NCBI GenBank assembly: GCA_963668285.1
Contig: OY764630.1
Span: 2,232 to 66,231 of the forward strand
DNA from: an uncultured Lewinella sp.
GTDB lineage: Bacteria > Bacteroidota > Bacteroidia > Chitinophagales > Saprospiraceae
Length of the DNA: 64,000 nt
Direction of reading: 5' to 3'
Positions 39,452 through 49,854 of this stretch are shown one piece after another. Each line of letters opens with the position of its first letter. Within the stretch, counting starts at the first letter, position 1. The position numbers and the translations under genes are program-made. The notes below the pieces were generated by a model, which did not search any database, was not told the DNA's origin, and was given only the letters and a program-made list of their open reading frames with translations.

Positions 39452-41863
39452 ATGAACGAAGAATTAGAGATTAACGAAGAGTTGTTACAGGAGGCCCTGG
39501 ACTCCACCTCGATGGAACTCATCGACCCTACCCTACCCCAGCTATTAACCATCCTCCCCGTCGGCCAGCGGCCGATCTTTCCGGGCATGGCCTTGCCGGT
39601 CGGTTTCACCGGCCGCGAACTACTGATCTCTTTACGGCTCGCGATGGAGCAGCACGAGGGCTTCGTCGGTATCGTACTGGTCGAAGAAGACCACAATGAG
39701 GACTACCGCGAGAGCATTTACCACGACGTCGGCGTAGCCTGCCAGATCGTAAAGGTGATCGAAACCGGCCCCCAGGGCGCGCAGGTCATCGTCAACCCGA
39801 TCCGTCGTATGAAGCGGCAGCGCGTCGTACAGACCGAACCGCAACTGCGCTGGCGGGTCAAGTATGACGTCCGCCCAAAAGTCAAGGTGGATAACGAGCT
39901 GAAGGCGTACATGCTGGCCATCAGCACCGAAATACAACGGTTACTCGCACTGAACCCGCTTTTCAAGGAGCAGGTGAATATGGTCGTCAGCCAACTTAAC
40001 TACGACAACCCGGGTCAGACGATGGACATCGTCTGCAACATCATCAGCGCGGACAAGCTCAAACTACAGGCGATCCTCGATGAGTGGTCGGTCGATGAAC
40101 GGGCTAAGCTCGTCCTTCAGGCCATCAAGGAAGAACTGGAAGTCGCCAAGATCCAGAGCCGCATCAACAAGCAGATCGAGGAGGGGGTACAGACCCAACA
40201 AAAGGAGTACTTCCTGCGCGAGCAACTCAAAGCCATTCGCCGGGAACTGGGCGAAGAAAAGGAAGACGGGGAATCGATCACGGAACGGATCGTGCAGCAG
40301 CTGGAGGGAAAGACCATCCCGCAGGATGCGCGCGAGCAATTCGAACGGGAGCTCAACAAGCTGAAGACGCTGAATACTCAGAGCCCGGAGTTTAACGTCA
40401 CCCGCAATTACCTCGAGACCTTTGCCGCCCTGCCGTGGGGCGTATTCACGCCCGACGCGAACTCGCTCAGCGAGGCGCGGGAGATCCTCAACGAAGACCA
40501 CTACGGGCTGGACGACGTGAAGGACAACATCCTGGAATTTTTGGCCACGATCCTCAAGCGAAGCTCGGTGGCCGGTTCCATCATCTGCCTGGTCGGCCCG
40601 CCCGGGGTCGGCAAAACCAGTATCGGTCAGAGTATTGCCCGTGCGCTGGAACGCAAGTTCTACCGTTTCAGCGTCGGTGGAATGCGGGACGAGGCGGAGA
40701 TCAAGGGACACCGCCGGACCTACATCGGTGCGATGCCCGGCAAGTTGATCCAGGCACTACAGCGGGCCGAGACCAGCAACCCCGTGATCATGCTCGACGA
40801 GATCGACAAGATCAGTAGCGGCTCGCAGGGTGACCCCGCCTCGGCCTTACTGGAGGTGCTCGACCCGGAGCAGAACGAAACCTTTGTCGATCACTACCTG
40901 GACGCGCCCTTCGATCTATCCAACGTACTCTTCATCTGTACGGCCAATCAGCTGGACACCATCCCCGGCCCGCTGCTCGATCGCATGGAGGTCATCCGCC
41001 TGAGCGGTTACGTACTCGAGGAAAAAGTACAGATCGGTAAGCAGTACCTGATTCCGAAACAACTACAGGAGCACGGCTTCGCGAGTGACGAGGTGACCTT
41101 CCAGGAAGAGGCCATCAACTTCATGATCGACCGCTACGCCCGCGAAGCCGGGGTGCGCAATCTGGAGAAGCAGATACGCAAGATCATCCGGAAGCTGGTG
41201 TTGCGGGAGGCGGAATCGGACGTCCATGATTTCAACGTCACCGTCGACATGGTAAAGGAGATGCTCGGCAAGCCGCGCTTCCAGACGGAGAAGTTGTACG
41301 ACAAACCCACGCCGGGCGTCGTGCTCGGCCTGGCCTACACCAGCATGGGTGGGGCTACGCTGTACATCGAGGCCCGCGGTATACCCGGCGACAAGCCGGG
41401 CTTCCGCCTGACCGGGCAGCTCGGGGACGTCATGAAGGAGAGCGCGCAAATAGCCCTTAGCTACGTAAAGTCCCTCCTTAGCCAGCGGGGGGATGACTAC
41501 TTCGACAACCACGAGGTGCACCTGCACGTGCCGGCGGGGGCTACGCCCAAGGACGGGCCCTCGGCGGGCATCACCATGGCGCTGGCACTGTACACCCTCG
41601 CTACCGGGCGGGCACCCATCGACAGTTTGGCCATGACGGGTGAGTTGACGCTTACCGGCCGGGTACTGCCCATCGGTGGCGTGAAGGAAAAGACGATCGG
41701 CGCCCGGCGGGTAGGCATTGACCACCTGATCTTCCCGGCGGAGAACCAACGGGACTGGGAGGAACTCGCCGACTACGTCAAGGAGGGCATTTCGGCTAGC
41801 TTCGCCTGTACATTCGACGACGTACTGGCAGTAGCTACCGGCGAGGAACGTGCCGTAGGATAA
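39452..41863 (+). CDS. lon: Lon protease (endopeptidase La)
   Basis: Lon N-domain, Walker A GPPGVGKT, IKGHRRTYIGAMPG, LDEIDK, catalytic PKDGPSAG and GGVKEK. Start is 39452 or 39401. Confidence 0.97.
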   Translation: MNEELEINEELLQEALDSTSMELIDPTLPQLLTILPVGQRPIFPGMALPVGFTGRELLISLRLAMEQHEGFVGIVLVEEDHNEDYRESIYHDVGVACQIVKVIETGPQGAQVIVNPIRRMKRQRVVQTEPQLRWRVKYDVRPKVKVDNELKAYMLAISTEIQRLLALNPLFKEQVNMVVSQLNYDNPGQTMDIVCNIISADKLKLQAILDEWSVDERAKLVLQAIKEELEVAKIQSRINKQIEEGVQTQQKEYFLREQLKAIRRELGEEKEDGESITERIVQQLEGKTIPQDAREQFERELNKLKTLNTQSPEFNVTRNYLETFAALPWGVFTPDANSLSEAREILNEDHYGLDDVKDNILEFLATILKRSSVAGSIICLVGPPGVGKTSIGQSIARALERKFYRFSVGGMRDEAEIKGHRRTYIGAMPGKLIQALQRAETSNPVIMLDEIDKISSGSQGDPASALLEVLDPEQNETFVDHYLDAPFDLSNVLFICTANQLDTIPGPLLDRMEVIRLSGYVLEEKVQIGKQYLIPKQLQEHGFASDEVTFQEEAINFMIDRYAREAGVRNLEKQIRKIIRKLVLREAESDVHDFNVTVDMVKEMLGKPRFQTEKLYDKPTPGVVLGLAYTSMGGATLYIEARGIPGDKPGFRLTGQLGDVMKESAQIALSYVKSLLSQRGDDYFDNHEVHLHVPAGATPKDGPSAGITMALALYTLATGRAPIDSLAMTGELTLTGRVLPIGGVKEKTIGARRVGIDHLIFPAENQRDWEELADYVKEGISASFACTFDDVLAVATGEERAVG

Positions 41864-41922
41864 ACTCCCCACTTTGCCGTAACCTTGCCCCGCCTTAGGT
41901 ACACTATTCAAAACACCCCGCT

Positions 41923-42831
41923 ATGAAGTTTGGTGCCGCCGCGGACCCCAGCCGGGTCGACTACGAGCTCCCCATCGAGCCCCTCGCCAACCAGGCCCGT
42001 CTGGATCGTTACGAGTTGGGCCCGACCGAGGGCAAGCCCACCATCTACCTGGGGGCCACCGGGTGGAGCATGAAGCAGTGGGTGGGCAAATGGTACCCCA
42101 AGGGCACCAAAACGGCCGACTACCTACGCGAGTACGCCAAGCAGTTCAACACGATCGAGTTGAATACTACCCACTACCGCATCCCCACCGACGATCTGGT
42201 CAGCCGCTGGGTGGAGGCCGTCCCGGACGATTTTCGCTTCTGCCCCAAGCTACCGCAGCACATCAGCCACCGCAACGACTTCGGCCTGGCGCAGGGGCAC
42301 CTGACCAACTTCGTGCGCTCGCTGGATGGAATGGGTGAGAAGATGGGGTGTGCATTCGCCCAGCTCCCACCCTACTACGACGCCTCGCGCCTGGAGCACC
42401 TGACCGGCCTGCTCGATCGATGGCCGCGTTTGCTTCCCCTGGCGGTGGAGGTCCGTCACGAAAGCTGGTTCGCCGACCCGTTTGCCACCGAGGCGCTGAT
42501 GGACGCCCTGGCGGCGCGCGGCGTGGCCGCCGTCATCACGGACGTTAGCGGCCGTCGCGACGTCCTGCACGGTTACGTTACCGCCCCCCGCACGATGGTT
42601 CGCTTCGTCGGTAACGGCTTGATCGATTCCGACTATACCCGCCTAGCCGATTGGGCAGTAAAACTGACGGAGTGGAACCTCCCCGAAGCCTACTTCTTCC
42701 CGCACGAGCCGGAGAACGTGCTTGCGCCGGATGCCTCGGCCTGGATGGCGGAGCACCTGTTGGCATCAGGGTTTGCCATAACGCGCGGGCCGAAGGACGT
42801 GGGTGGCCTGGGGCAACAGCGCCTCTTCTGA
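41923..42831 (+). CDS. DUF72 (YecE/UPF0759) family protein
   Basis: GATGWS..W.G.WYP, FNTIELNTTHY, FRFCPK, QLPP, AVEVRHESW. Confidence 0.92.
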   Translation: MKFGAAADPSRVDYELPIEPLANQARLDRYELGPTEGKPTIYLGATGWSMKQWVGKWYPKGTKTADYLREYAKQFNTIELNTTHYRIPTDDLVSRWVEAVPDDFRFCPKLPQHISHRNDFGLAQGHLTNFVRSLDGMGEKMGCAFAQLPPYYDASRLEHLTGLLDRWPRLLPLAVEVRHESWFADPFATEALMDALAARGVAAVITDVSGRRDVLHGYVTAPRTMVRFVGNGLIDSDYTRLADWAVKLTEWNLPEAYFFPHEPENVLAPDASAWMAEHLLASGFAITRGPKDVGGLGQQRLF

Positions 42832-42927
42832 GGGTGTTGGCGGCACGGTCAACTGCCTGCTTATCCTTCCGTACCTTGCACCTGCGGCCTCGCCATTAAA
42901 TACAGCCTTCGCCAGCCTCCAGCAATT

Positions 42928-45006
42928 ATGAGTAAATACCCAATTATACCGCGCGATATTTCGTGGCTTTCGTTCAATCACCGTGTACTACAGGAGGCCA
43001 AGGACCCGTCGGTGCCGCTGTTCGAAAGGATCAAGTTTTTGGCGATTTACAGCTCTAATCTCGATGAATTTTTTCGGGTAAGGATGGCTAACCACCGGAA
43101 CCTTTTACGGGTGGGGAAGAAGACCAAAAAGGAACTCGACATCAGCCCGAAGGATACCGTACGCAACATTCAGCGGATCGTGAACCGGCAGCAAGTAGAG
43201 TACAGCAGGATATTCGAGAAGAAGATCATCCCGGATCTACGGCGGCAGGGGATCAAGCTGAAGCGACGGCTGGACATGAACGCGGAGGAAAGCGAATTCG
43301 TGGAGGGCTACTTTCGCCAGAACATGCTGCCTTACGTGCAACCGGTGCTACTGGTCAAGGATATGGTGCGGCCGTTCCTCAACAACGCGCAGCTGTACTT
43401 GTCGATACTCATGCACGAGAAGAAATCCAAGTCACGGGCGTACGCGATCGTCAAGATACCGAGCGATCACCTGCCGCGCTTCATCGAACTACCGGATACC
43501 GCGGACGGCCAGCGGAACCTGATCATGCTCGACGACATCGTGCGGCATTCCGTCTCGTGGATGTTCCCCGGCTACAACATCGACGATACGTACAGCATCA
43601 AACTTACACGGGACGCGGAGTTGTACATCGACGACGAGTTCAAAGGCGATCTGCTTACGAAGATCAAAGCCAGCCTGAACCGCCGCCACGTCGGGCCGGC
43701 CAGCCGGTTCGTGTACGACCGGACGATGGCGCCGAAGCTGCTCGACTACCTGATGGACTCCTTTAAGTTGGAGCGGTACGATATTTTGGCCGAAGGGCGC
43801 TACCACAACAACTTCGACTTTTTCGGATTCCCGGATTTCGGCCTGGCTAAGCTGAAGAACCCACCGCAGCCGCCCCTGCCCTACCCCCCCTTGGAGGATA
43901 CGCTCGATTACTGGGGGGCCATCCGGTCGGGCGACCACCTGTTGCACGTGCCCTACCAGAGCTACGAGTCGGTGGTTCGGTTTTTCGAGACGGCCGCCGA
44001 AGACCCGCAGGTCACCCACATCAAGATCGTGCAGTACCGGGTGGCGCGCCGCAGTCGGATCATGAAGGCGCTGATGCGCGCCGTCGATCAGGGTAAGCAG
44101 GTCAGCGTTTTCATCGAGGTGAAAGCGCGTTTTGACGAAGAGGCTAATTTGCGCTGGGGCGAAAAGCTCGAAGCGGCCGGGGTACACGTGAACTACAGCT
44201 TCCCCGGGGTAAAGGTGCATTCCAAACTGGCGCTGGTACGTCGGGTAGACCACGGGGCGGAGCAGATCTACTGCTATCTGGCAACGGGTAACTTCCACGA
44301 GGATACGGCAAAGGTGTACAGTGACTTCGGCATCTTTACGGCCGATACGCGGATCACGAACGAAGTCTCTCGCGTGTTCTCCTTCCTTGAAAACGTGCAG
44401 GACCCGGAGACGCCCTTCCAGCACCTGCTGGTCGGTCAGTTTAACCTGCGGGCGGGGCTCGAAGCACTCATCCAGCACGAGATCGAAGAGGCGAAGGCCG
44501 GCCGCAAAGGGCGTATGATGCTGAAGATGAACAGCTTGCAGGACCCGGCGATGATCGATCTACTCTACAAGGCCGGCCGCGCCGGCGTGGAGATTGAGTT
44601 GATCATTCGGGGCATTTGTTCTTTGGTACCCGGCATCCCCGGCGTGAGTGATAACATCCGCGCCATCAGCATCGTCGACCGATATCTGGAGCACGCCCGG
44701 GTATTCCACTTCCACCACGGCGGGGAGGACCTGGTCTACCTAAGCTCGGCGGATTTCATGACCCGTAACCTCAGCCACCGGATCGAGACGACCTTTCCGG
44801 TGCTCGATCAGGACCTGAAGCAAAAGATCCTCGATTACGTCGACGTTCAATTACAGGACAACACCAAGTCTCGCCTTCTGAACGACCAGAACGCAAACCA
44901 GTACTTTCGGGGAGGGAGCGAACTGCGGATCCGGTCACAGGAAGAGACTTACCACATCATCAAGCGCGAACTGGTCGGGATGATGGAGGAAGAAGTGGAG
45001 GAATAG
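42928..45006 (+). CDS. ppk1: Polyphosphate kinase 1
   Basis: RDISWLSFNHRVLQEA, SSNLDEFFRVR, EVKARFDEEAN, KVHSK, SIVDRYLEHAR, SSADFMTRN. Confidence 0.97.
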   Translation: MSKYPIIPRDISWLSFNHRVLQEAKDPSVPLFERIKFLAIYSSNLDEFFRVRMANHRNLLRVGKKTKKELDISPKDTVRNIQRIVNRQQVEYSRIFEKKIIPDLRRQGIKLKRRLDMNAEESEFVEGYFRQNMLPYVQPVLLVKDMVRPFLNNAQLYLSILMHEKKSKSRAYAIVKIPSDHLPRFIELPDTADGQRNLIMLDDIVRHSVSWMFPGYNIDDTYSIKLTRDAELYIDDEFKGDLLTKIKASLNRRHVGPASRFVYDRTMAPKLLDYLMDSFKLERYDILAEGRYHNNFDFFGFPDFGLAKLKNPPQPPLPYPPLEDTLDYWGAIRSGDHLLHVPYQSYESVVRFFETAAEDPQVTHIKIVQYRVARRSRIMKALMRAVDQGKQVSVFIEVKARFDEEANLRWGEKLEAAGVHVNYSFPGVKVHSKLALVRRVDHGAEQIYCYLATGNFHEDTAKVYSDFGIFTADTRITNEVSRVFSFLENVQDPETPFQHLLVGQFNLRAGLEALIQHEIEEAKAGRKGRMMLKMNSLQDPAMIDLLYKAGRAGVEIELIIRGICSLVPGIPGVSDNIRAISIVDRYLEHARVFHFHHGGEDLVYLSSADFMTRNLSHRIETTFPVLDQDLKQKILDYVDVQLQDNTKSRLLNDQNANQYFRGGSELRIRSQEETYHIIKRELVGMMEEEVEE

Positions 45007-45031
45007 CCTCAGCGGCCGAAAGAGAAGTAAG

Positions 45032-46998
45032 ATGAGCAGGAGTATACTTTCGATCACCCTGTTGCTGTTGGCGGGCTGCCTCCTGGCACAGGACGACCCC
45101 ATTTTCAACGACGACCCGATGCAGCACCTCCCTTTGGGGATGGAAGTGTCGAATTACGTAGTCCGGGAGCCGACCGGCCTGACGGAGGTCGAAGCCAGGG
45201 TGGAACCACCGAACTGGTGGACGGGCATGGTCGATCCACTCGTGGAGGTACTCATCTACGACCGCGACGTGGCGATGTACGACAGCGTGGCGGTAGACTA
45301 TCCGGGCGTCCGCGTCGCCTACGTAAAGCGGCAGGCCAATCCGAACTACTTGTTCGTGGGGCTGCACGTGGCCCCCGGAACGCCCCCGGGCTCGGTTAGG
45401 ATTTCGCTATCTCAGGTCCGCACGGCCGGTGAAGGGGCTCGCCTTGACCCCACCGCGATCGATTACCCGATAATGTCCCGCCTGAAGCGCGATACTGCCG
45501 TAGAGCCGTTCTCCTCCAAGGACCTGATCTACCTGATCATGCCGGATCGATTCGCGAATGGCGAGGCGACCAACGACAGGGTGCCCGCGATGAAGGATAC
45601 GCTGGTCAACCGGGATAAAGTGCTCTTCCGGCACGGGGGCGACCTGCAGGGGATATTGAATAAATTGGACTACCTAGCGGACTTAGGCGTGACCGCCATT
45701 TGGCTCAACCCTATCCTGGAGAACGATCAACCTTACGCGAGCTACCACGGGTACGCCGTCAGCGACCACTACCGCGTCGATCGCAGGCTCGGCACCAACG
45801 AGCTGTACCGTGAGCTGGTACTTGAGGCGCACCGGCGCGGCATAAAAGTCGTGATGGACGTCATCTTCAACCACGTTGGCGACCAGCACTACCAGATCAG
45901 GGATTTGCCCGCCAGCGACTGGATACACCAGTGGGAAGACTACACCAAATCCAACTTTCGCGCCGCCTCCATCCTCGACCCCACGCCGCCCCCGGCGACC
46001 GCGATCGGATGCGTCACGGCTGGTTCGACAACCACATGCCCGACCTCGATCAGGATAACGAGCACCTTGCTAGGTACCTCATTCAGAACAGCATCTGGTG
46101 GACGGTATACAGCGGGCAGGATGCCTTCCGCATCGATACCTATACTTACCCGAACACCGACTTCATGGCCGAATGGAACCGACGGCTTTTAGAGGAGTTC
46201 CCCGATCTCGGCATATTCGGGGAAACCTGGGTACCGCACATTGGCGTACAGGCCTGGTTCGTCGGCGGGCGCAAACTCGGTCAGGAGCTCGACACGCACC
46301 TACCCGGGGTGACTGATTTTCAGGTTCACTACGCGCTATACGAGGCTTTGAACGAGGAGCCTTCGTGGGAAGGGGGTGTCAACCGCCTGTGGTATACCCT
46401 GGCGCAAGATCACCTCTACCCCGACCCCACGAGGAACGTCGTCTTTCTGGATAACCACGACATCAGCCGTCTGTACAGCACGCTGGGAGGGGACCGGGAG
46501 AAGATGCGATCGGCCGTCGCACTGCTACTCACTACCCGCGGTATTCCGTGTATTTACTACGGTACCGAGGTACTGCTGGAAGGTGCGGGGGGCGCTTTCG
46601 GTGAAGGCGGGCGGGTTGATTTCCCCGGCGGTTTCCCCGGTGATGAAACCGACTTATTCCAGCCGGAAGCCCGGTCGGAGGAGCAGCAGGGCTTCTACGA
46701 ATATTTTCGGACGCTGGCGAACTATCGCAAGAACAGTCAGGCCCTGACGGTGGGTGAGTTGCGGCACTACATCCCGCGGGACGGGGTGTACGTTTACTTT
46801 CGGCGGGCCGGCGAGGAGTTGATTATGATCGTGTTTAACGGAAACGGCGAGGCGAGGGAGCTGACCGACCTCCGCCCCTATTCGGATATGCTGGGCGGGT
46901 TTTCGGGAGGAATCGAGATCACGGATGGCTTAGCTAAAAAACCTCTGACGAGTATTTCGCTAGCTGCTAAGCAGACGCGGGTTTTCCGACTTGAGTGA
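45032..46998 (+). CDS. GH13 neopullulanase/cyclomaltodextrinase (SusA-like), split by a 1-nt deletion near 45979-45982
   Basis: 5' part has EPPNWWTGM, YLIMPDRFANG, GGDLQG, SYHGYA and DVIFNH. 3' part has FRIDTY, GETW and FLDNHD. Adding one base at gaCCCCacg restores ILDPHAAPGDRDRMRHGWF (about 655 aa). Confidence 0.88.
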
Positions 46999-47037
46999 TG
47001 GGCCCGCACGTGACGCAGCCGGCGGGCTCCCGAGCTG

Positions 47038-48039
47038 CTACTGTACCTTAAAGTCGTAGGAGATCTTCCCACACTGCTCTTCCGGCGCGGTGGGTTCCGG
47101 CTTGAACTTCCACGTTTTCGCATTCCGCGTGGCGGCGCTTACGAGGTTCGGGTCGGTGGTCGTGCTACCGACCTGGGTGAAGTTGGCGGAGAGCACCCGG
47201 CCGTCGGGGCCGACGCATACTTCGATAACCACCTTACCCGGGCGTTGGCTGTTTTCACTGACTACCGGGCTCGCAACGACCCCTCTGCCACCGAGGCCAC
47301 CGGACACGCGACCGTCGCTGGTGGAGATACCGGTGAGGCGGTCGGCGTTGGGGTCGCCGTTTTCTACGCCCTGGTTGCCGGGCTTACCGGTTTCCCCCTG
47401 GCCGGAGCCGTTTCCGAAGAGCCCGCCGACGCGGTTGCGGGTGGCATCGGCTTCGGCCTGGCGGCGGCGTTCGGCTTCTTCGGCTTCCCGCTGCTTCTGG
47501 GCTGCTTGCTCGGCGACTCGCCGCTGGCGTGCAGCTTCGGCTTCCTGGAGTCTGCGGCGTTCGTCGGCCGCGGCTTTCTCGCGGGCGCGTTCATCGGCCA
47601 CCCGGCGATCCTCGATGGCCCGTTCTCTGCGTTGGCGCTCCGCTTCCTCGCGTTGCCGCGCCTGTTCCCGTTCCTTTTGCTTGCGGATGGCGATCTGCTG
47701 AGGGGTCTCCTCGACTACGACGTCGCGCTGTACGGGGGCGGGATCCGGATCCGCGGCGGGGGGCGGTGGTGGCGGGGCGGCTGCTTCCTGGGGGGCCGGG
47801 GGGCTCGGCTCGGGTTCACTGACCTGCTCGACGGCCGCGGCGCGGCGGGCGTCTTCCTCCCCCTGGCCGAAGTCGATCTGCCCGAGGTTGACGAGGATGC
47901 CCGGCTGGCCGGGCTTCGGTAGCGTCGTGTAGAAGAGGGGTATGATCAGTAAAGCTACGAACAGCAGAAAGCCGATGATCGCGCCGATTTTACCTTGGCG
48001 ATCCGCTCTTTCTTCGGTGGGGGTGACGGGGTCTTGCAT
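47038..48039 (-). CDS. TolA/TonB-like energy transducer protein
   Basis: N-terminal TM anchor, Pro-rich then E/R/A coiled linker, and a TonB-C-like domain (GKVVIEVCVGPDGRVLSA...WKF...GKISYDF). Confidence 0.87.
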   Translation of the reverse strand: MQDPVTPTEERADRQGKIGAIIGFLLFVALLIIPLFYTTLPKPGQPGILVNLGQIDFGQGEEDARRAAAVEQVSEPEPSPPAPQEAAAPPPPPPAADPDPAPVQRDVVVEETPQQIAIRKQKEREQARQREEAERQRRERAIEDRRVADERAREKAAADERRRLQEAEAARQRRVAEQAAQKQREAEEAERRRQAEADATRNRVGGLFGNGSGQGETGKPGNQGVENGDPNADRLTGISTSDGRVSGGLGGRGVVASPVVSENSQRPGKVVIEVCVGPDGRVLSANFTQVGSTTTDPNLVSAATRNAKTWKFKPEPTAPEEQCGKISYDFKVQ

Positions 48040-48117
48040 GGGTTGAGGGGGTAGCTGGCCTGAGAAGGGAAAACTGATTTTGGTACGGAAAAGTACGGCC
48101 GAATCCGATAGGGCCGA

Positions 48118-49746
48118 CTAGTACTTAACGAGCGCGGGGTCGCGCTTCCCGGCGCGGCGGTTCTTACCCTTCGTGCGTTCGGCGAGCAGCACGGCGGCGT
48201 AGGCGTTAGCTAGCGCGCCGGTTTCGGATAGCTCGGCGAAGGAGATCATCTCCTCTTCCTCACCCGGCTTTTTGACGGAAAGCTCGACGGGTAAGGCACT
48301 TTCCAGGATCACTTCTCGCACCTGCTTAGCTTTCAGATCGGGGAAGTAACTGCGGACCAAAGCAGCAATCCCCGCCACCATGGGCGCAGCCATGGACGTA
48401 CCATTGAAGGAAGCGTATTTGCTGCCGGGAATGGTCGAGTAAATATCGCGACCCGGAGCGAATACGTCGACGTATTTCTTGTCGTAGTTCGAAAAGTTGG
48501 CGGGGAGCTCCTCGTTGTAGAAGGCGCTAGCCGCACCCACCTCGATCCAGGTCTTACCCGTCCGTTTTCTCCCCTGGTAAGTATCGTTGGGGTAATTGTT
48601 GGTGAGGGTAAGCATCTTGCCTTCGTTACCGGCGGCGTGTACGATGAGTACGTCGTTCTTCTCGGCGTACTTCATGGCCGCGTCAACCGCTTTTTTGTAG
48701 GGGCTGTAACCCTTACCAAAGCTCATGTTGATCACGGAAGCGCCGTTGTCCACGGCGTAACGAATGGCGTTTGCTACGTCCTTATCGCGCTCGTCACCGT
48801 TCGGGACGGTGCGGACGGACATGATCTTCACGTTAGCTCCGCCGACGCCGTTCACGCCGACCTCGTTATCGCGGACGGCGGCGATGATGCCCGCCACGTG
48901 GGTACCGTGGCCGGCATCCGGGCCGGTCACGTCGTTGTTGCCGTAGTTACGATCATCCAGATTGCCCGGGTTGTCTCCGACGATGTCGCGGGCGTCGTAA
49001 TCGACGTTATAGTTATAGTTGACGGTCTGCCCGTAGTAATCGACGGCACCCTCTATCTCATTATAAATGTCTTCGAACGAGGTACCATCCTGAGTATAAT
49101 TGGCAATGATATCCTTGATCTGAGTGGTCATCATATCCTTTTGCGTGACGGCGGCCACGTCTTGCGGAGTAATCTCTTCTACCGGCTTTCCGATTGACTT
49201 AATGACGGTATCGAAGCCGGACTTCATCAGGTCGTACTGGGCGAATTGCGGCTCCACTTCTTCTACCTTTTCGTTGATCGTCTTTTCCAGGTCTTTGTAC
49301 AGATCGTATTCCGCCCTTTCGGATTTTTTCAGTCCCTCCCGGTTACGATTGTTGTACAGCTTGTGGTAACGGTTATATAGCCTGACCGCCTCAAGGTTTT
49401 CGTAGTTGACGTTCTTACCGTCCGCTCCCCCGATGAAGTTCCAGCCGTGTACGTCATCGACGTAGCCATTCTTATCATCGTCGATGCCGTTGCCGGGGAT
49501 CTCGTCCGCGTTCGTCCACATGGCGGCCTTCAGGTCTTCGTGCTCTACGTCGACGCCTGAGTCGATTACGGCTACCACTACTTCTTTGGCGACTTTGCCG
49601 TTCAGGTAGTCGTGCGCTTTTTTAGCGCTGACGCCGGGGAAGTTATCCTCCTGGCGGTCCATATCCCACCAGTTATTAGGCGTTTCTGTTTGGGCGCCCA
49701 GGGCAGTACCACTGATTAGGGCCAGGAATAAAAATAAGCGATTCAT
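48118..49746 (-). CDS. S8 family (subtilisin-like) secreted serine peptidase
   Basis: Signal peptide and catalytic triad motifs VAVIDSG, HGTHVAG and GTSMAAP. Start likely the ATG at 49746. Confidence 0.94.
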   Translation of the reverse strand: MNRLFLFLALISGTALGAQTETPNNWWDMDRQEDNFPGVSAKKAHDYLNGKVAKEVVVAVIDSGVDVEHEDLKAAMWTNADEIPGNGIDDDKNGYVDDVHGWNFIGGADGKNVNYENLEAVRLYNRYHKLYNNRNREGLKKSERAEYDLYKDLEKTINEKVEEVEPQFAQYDLMKSGFDTVIKSIGKPVEEITPQDVAAVTQKDMMTTQIKDIIANYTQDGTSFEDIYNEIEGAVDYYGQTVNYNYNVDYDARDIVGDNPGNLDDRNYGNNDVTGPDAGHGTHVAGIIAAVRDNEVGVNGVGGANVKIMSVRTVPNGDERDKDVANAIRYAVDNGASVINMSFGKGYSPYKKAVDAAMKYAEKNDVLIVHAAGNEGKMLTLTNNYPNDTYQGRKRTGKTWIEVGAASAFYNEELPANFSNYDKKYVDVFAPGRDIYSTIPGSKYASFNGTSMAAPMVAGIAALVRSYFPDLKAKQVREVILESALPVELSVKKPGEEEEMISFAELSETGALANAYAAVLLAERTKGKNRRAGKRDPALVKY

Positions 49747-49854
49747 ATAGTCCATTTCTCTTTGAGGTATATAAAGGGGTAAACTCACGAGTAGTTATAA
49801 AGGCTCTTAACGCCCGCTTAAAATTTGCTATTGCGGCTAGCTTATCTTTGCTCG

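Noticed and set aside
43489-44478. 329-aa minus-strand ORF (also 41063-41911, 35673-36578, 4297-5106 and similar)
   Set aside because: These are antisense shadows of well-supported genes (ppk1, lon, adhesin, AAA ATPase).
47450-47830. Low-complexity repetitive DNA
   Set aside because: It is explained by the Pro-rich and E/R/A coiled linker of the TolA/TonB-like protein.
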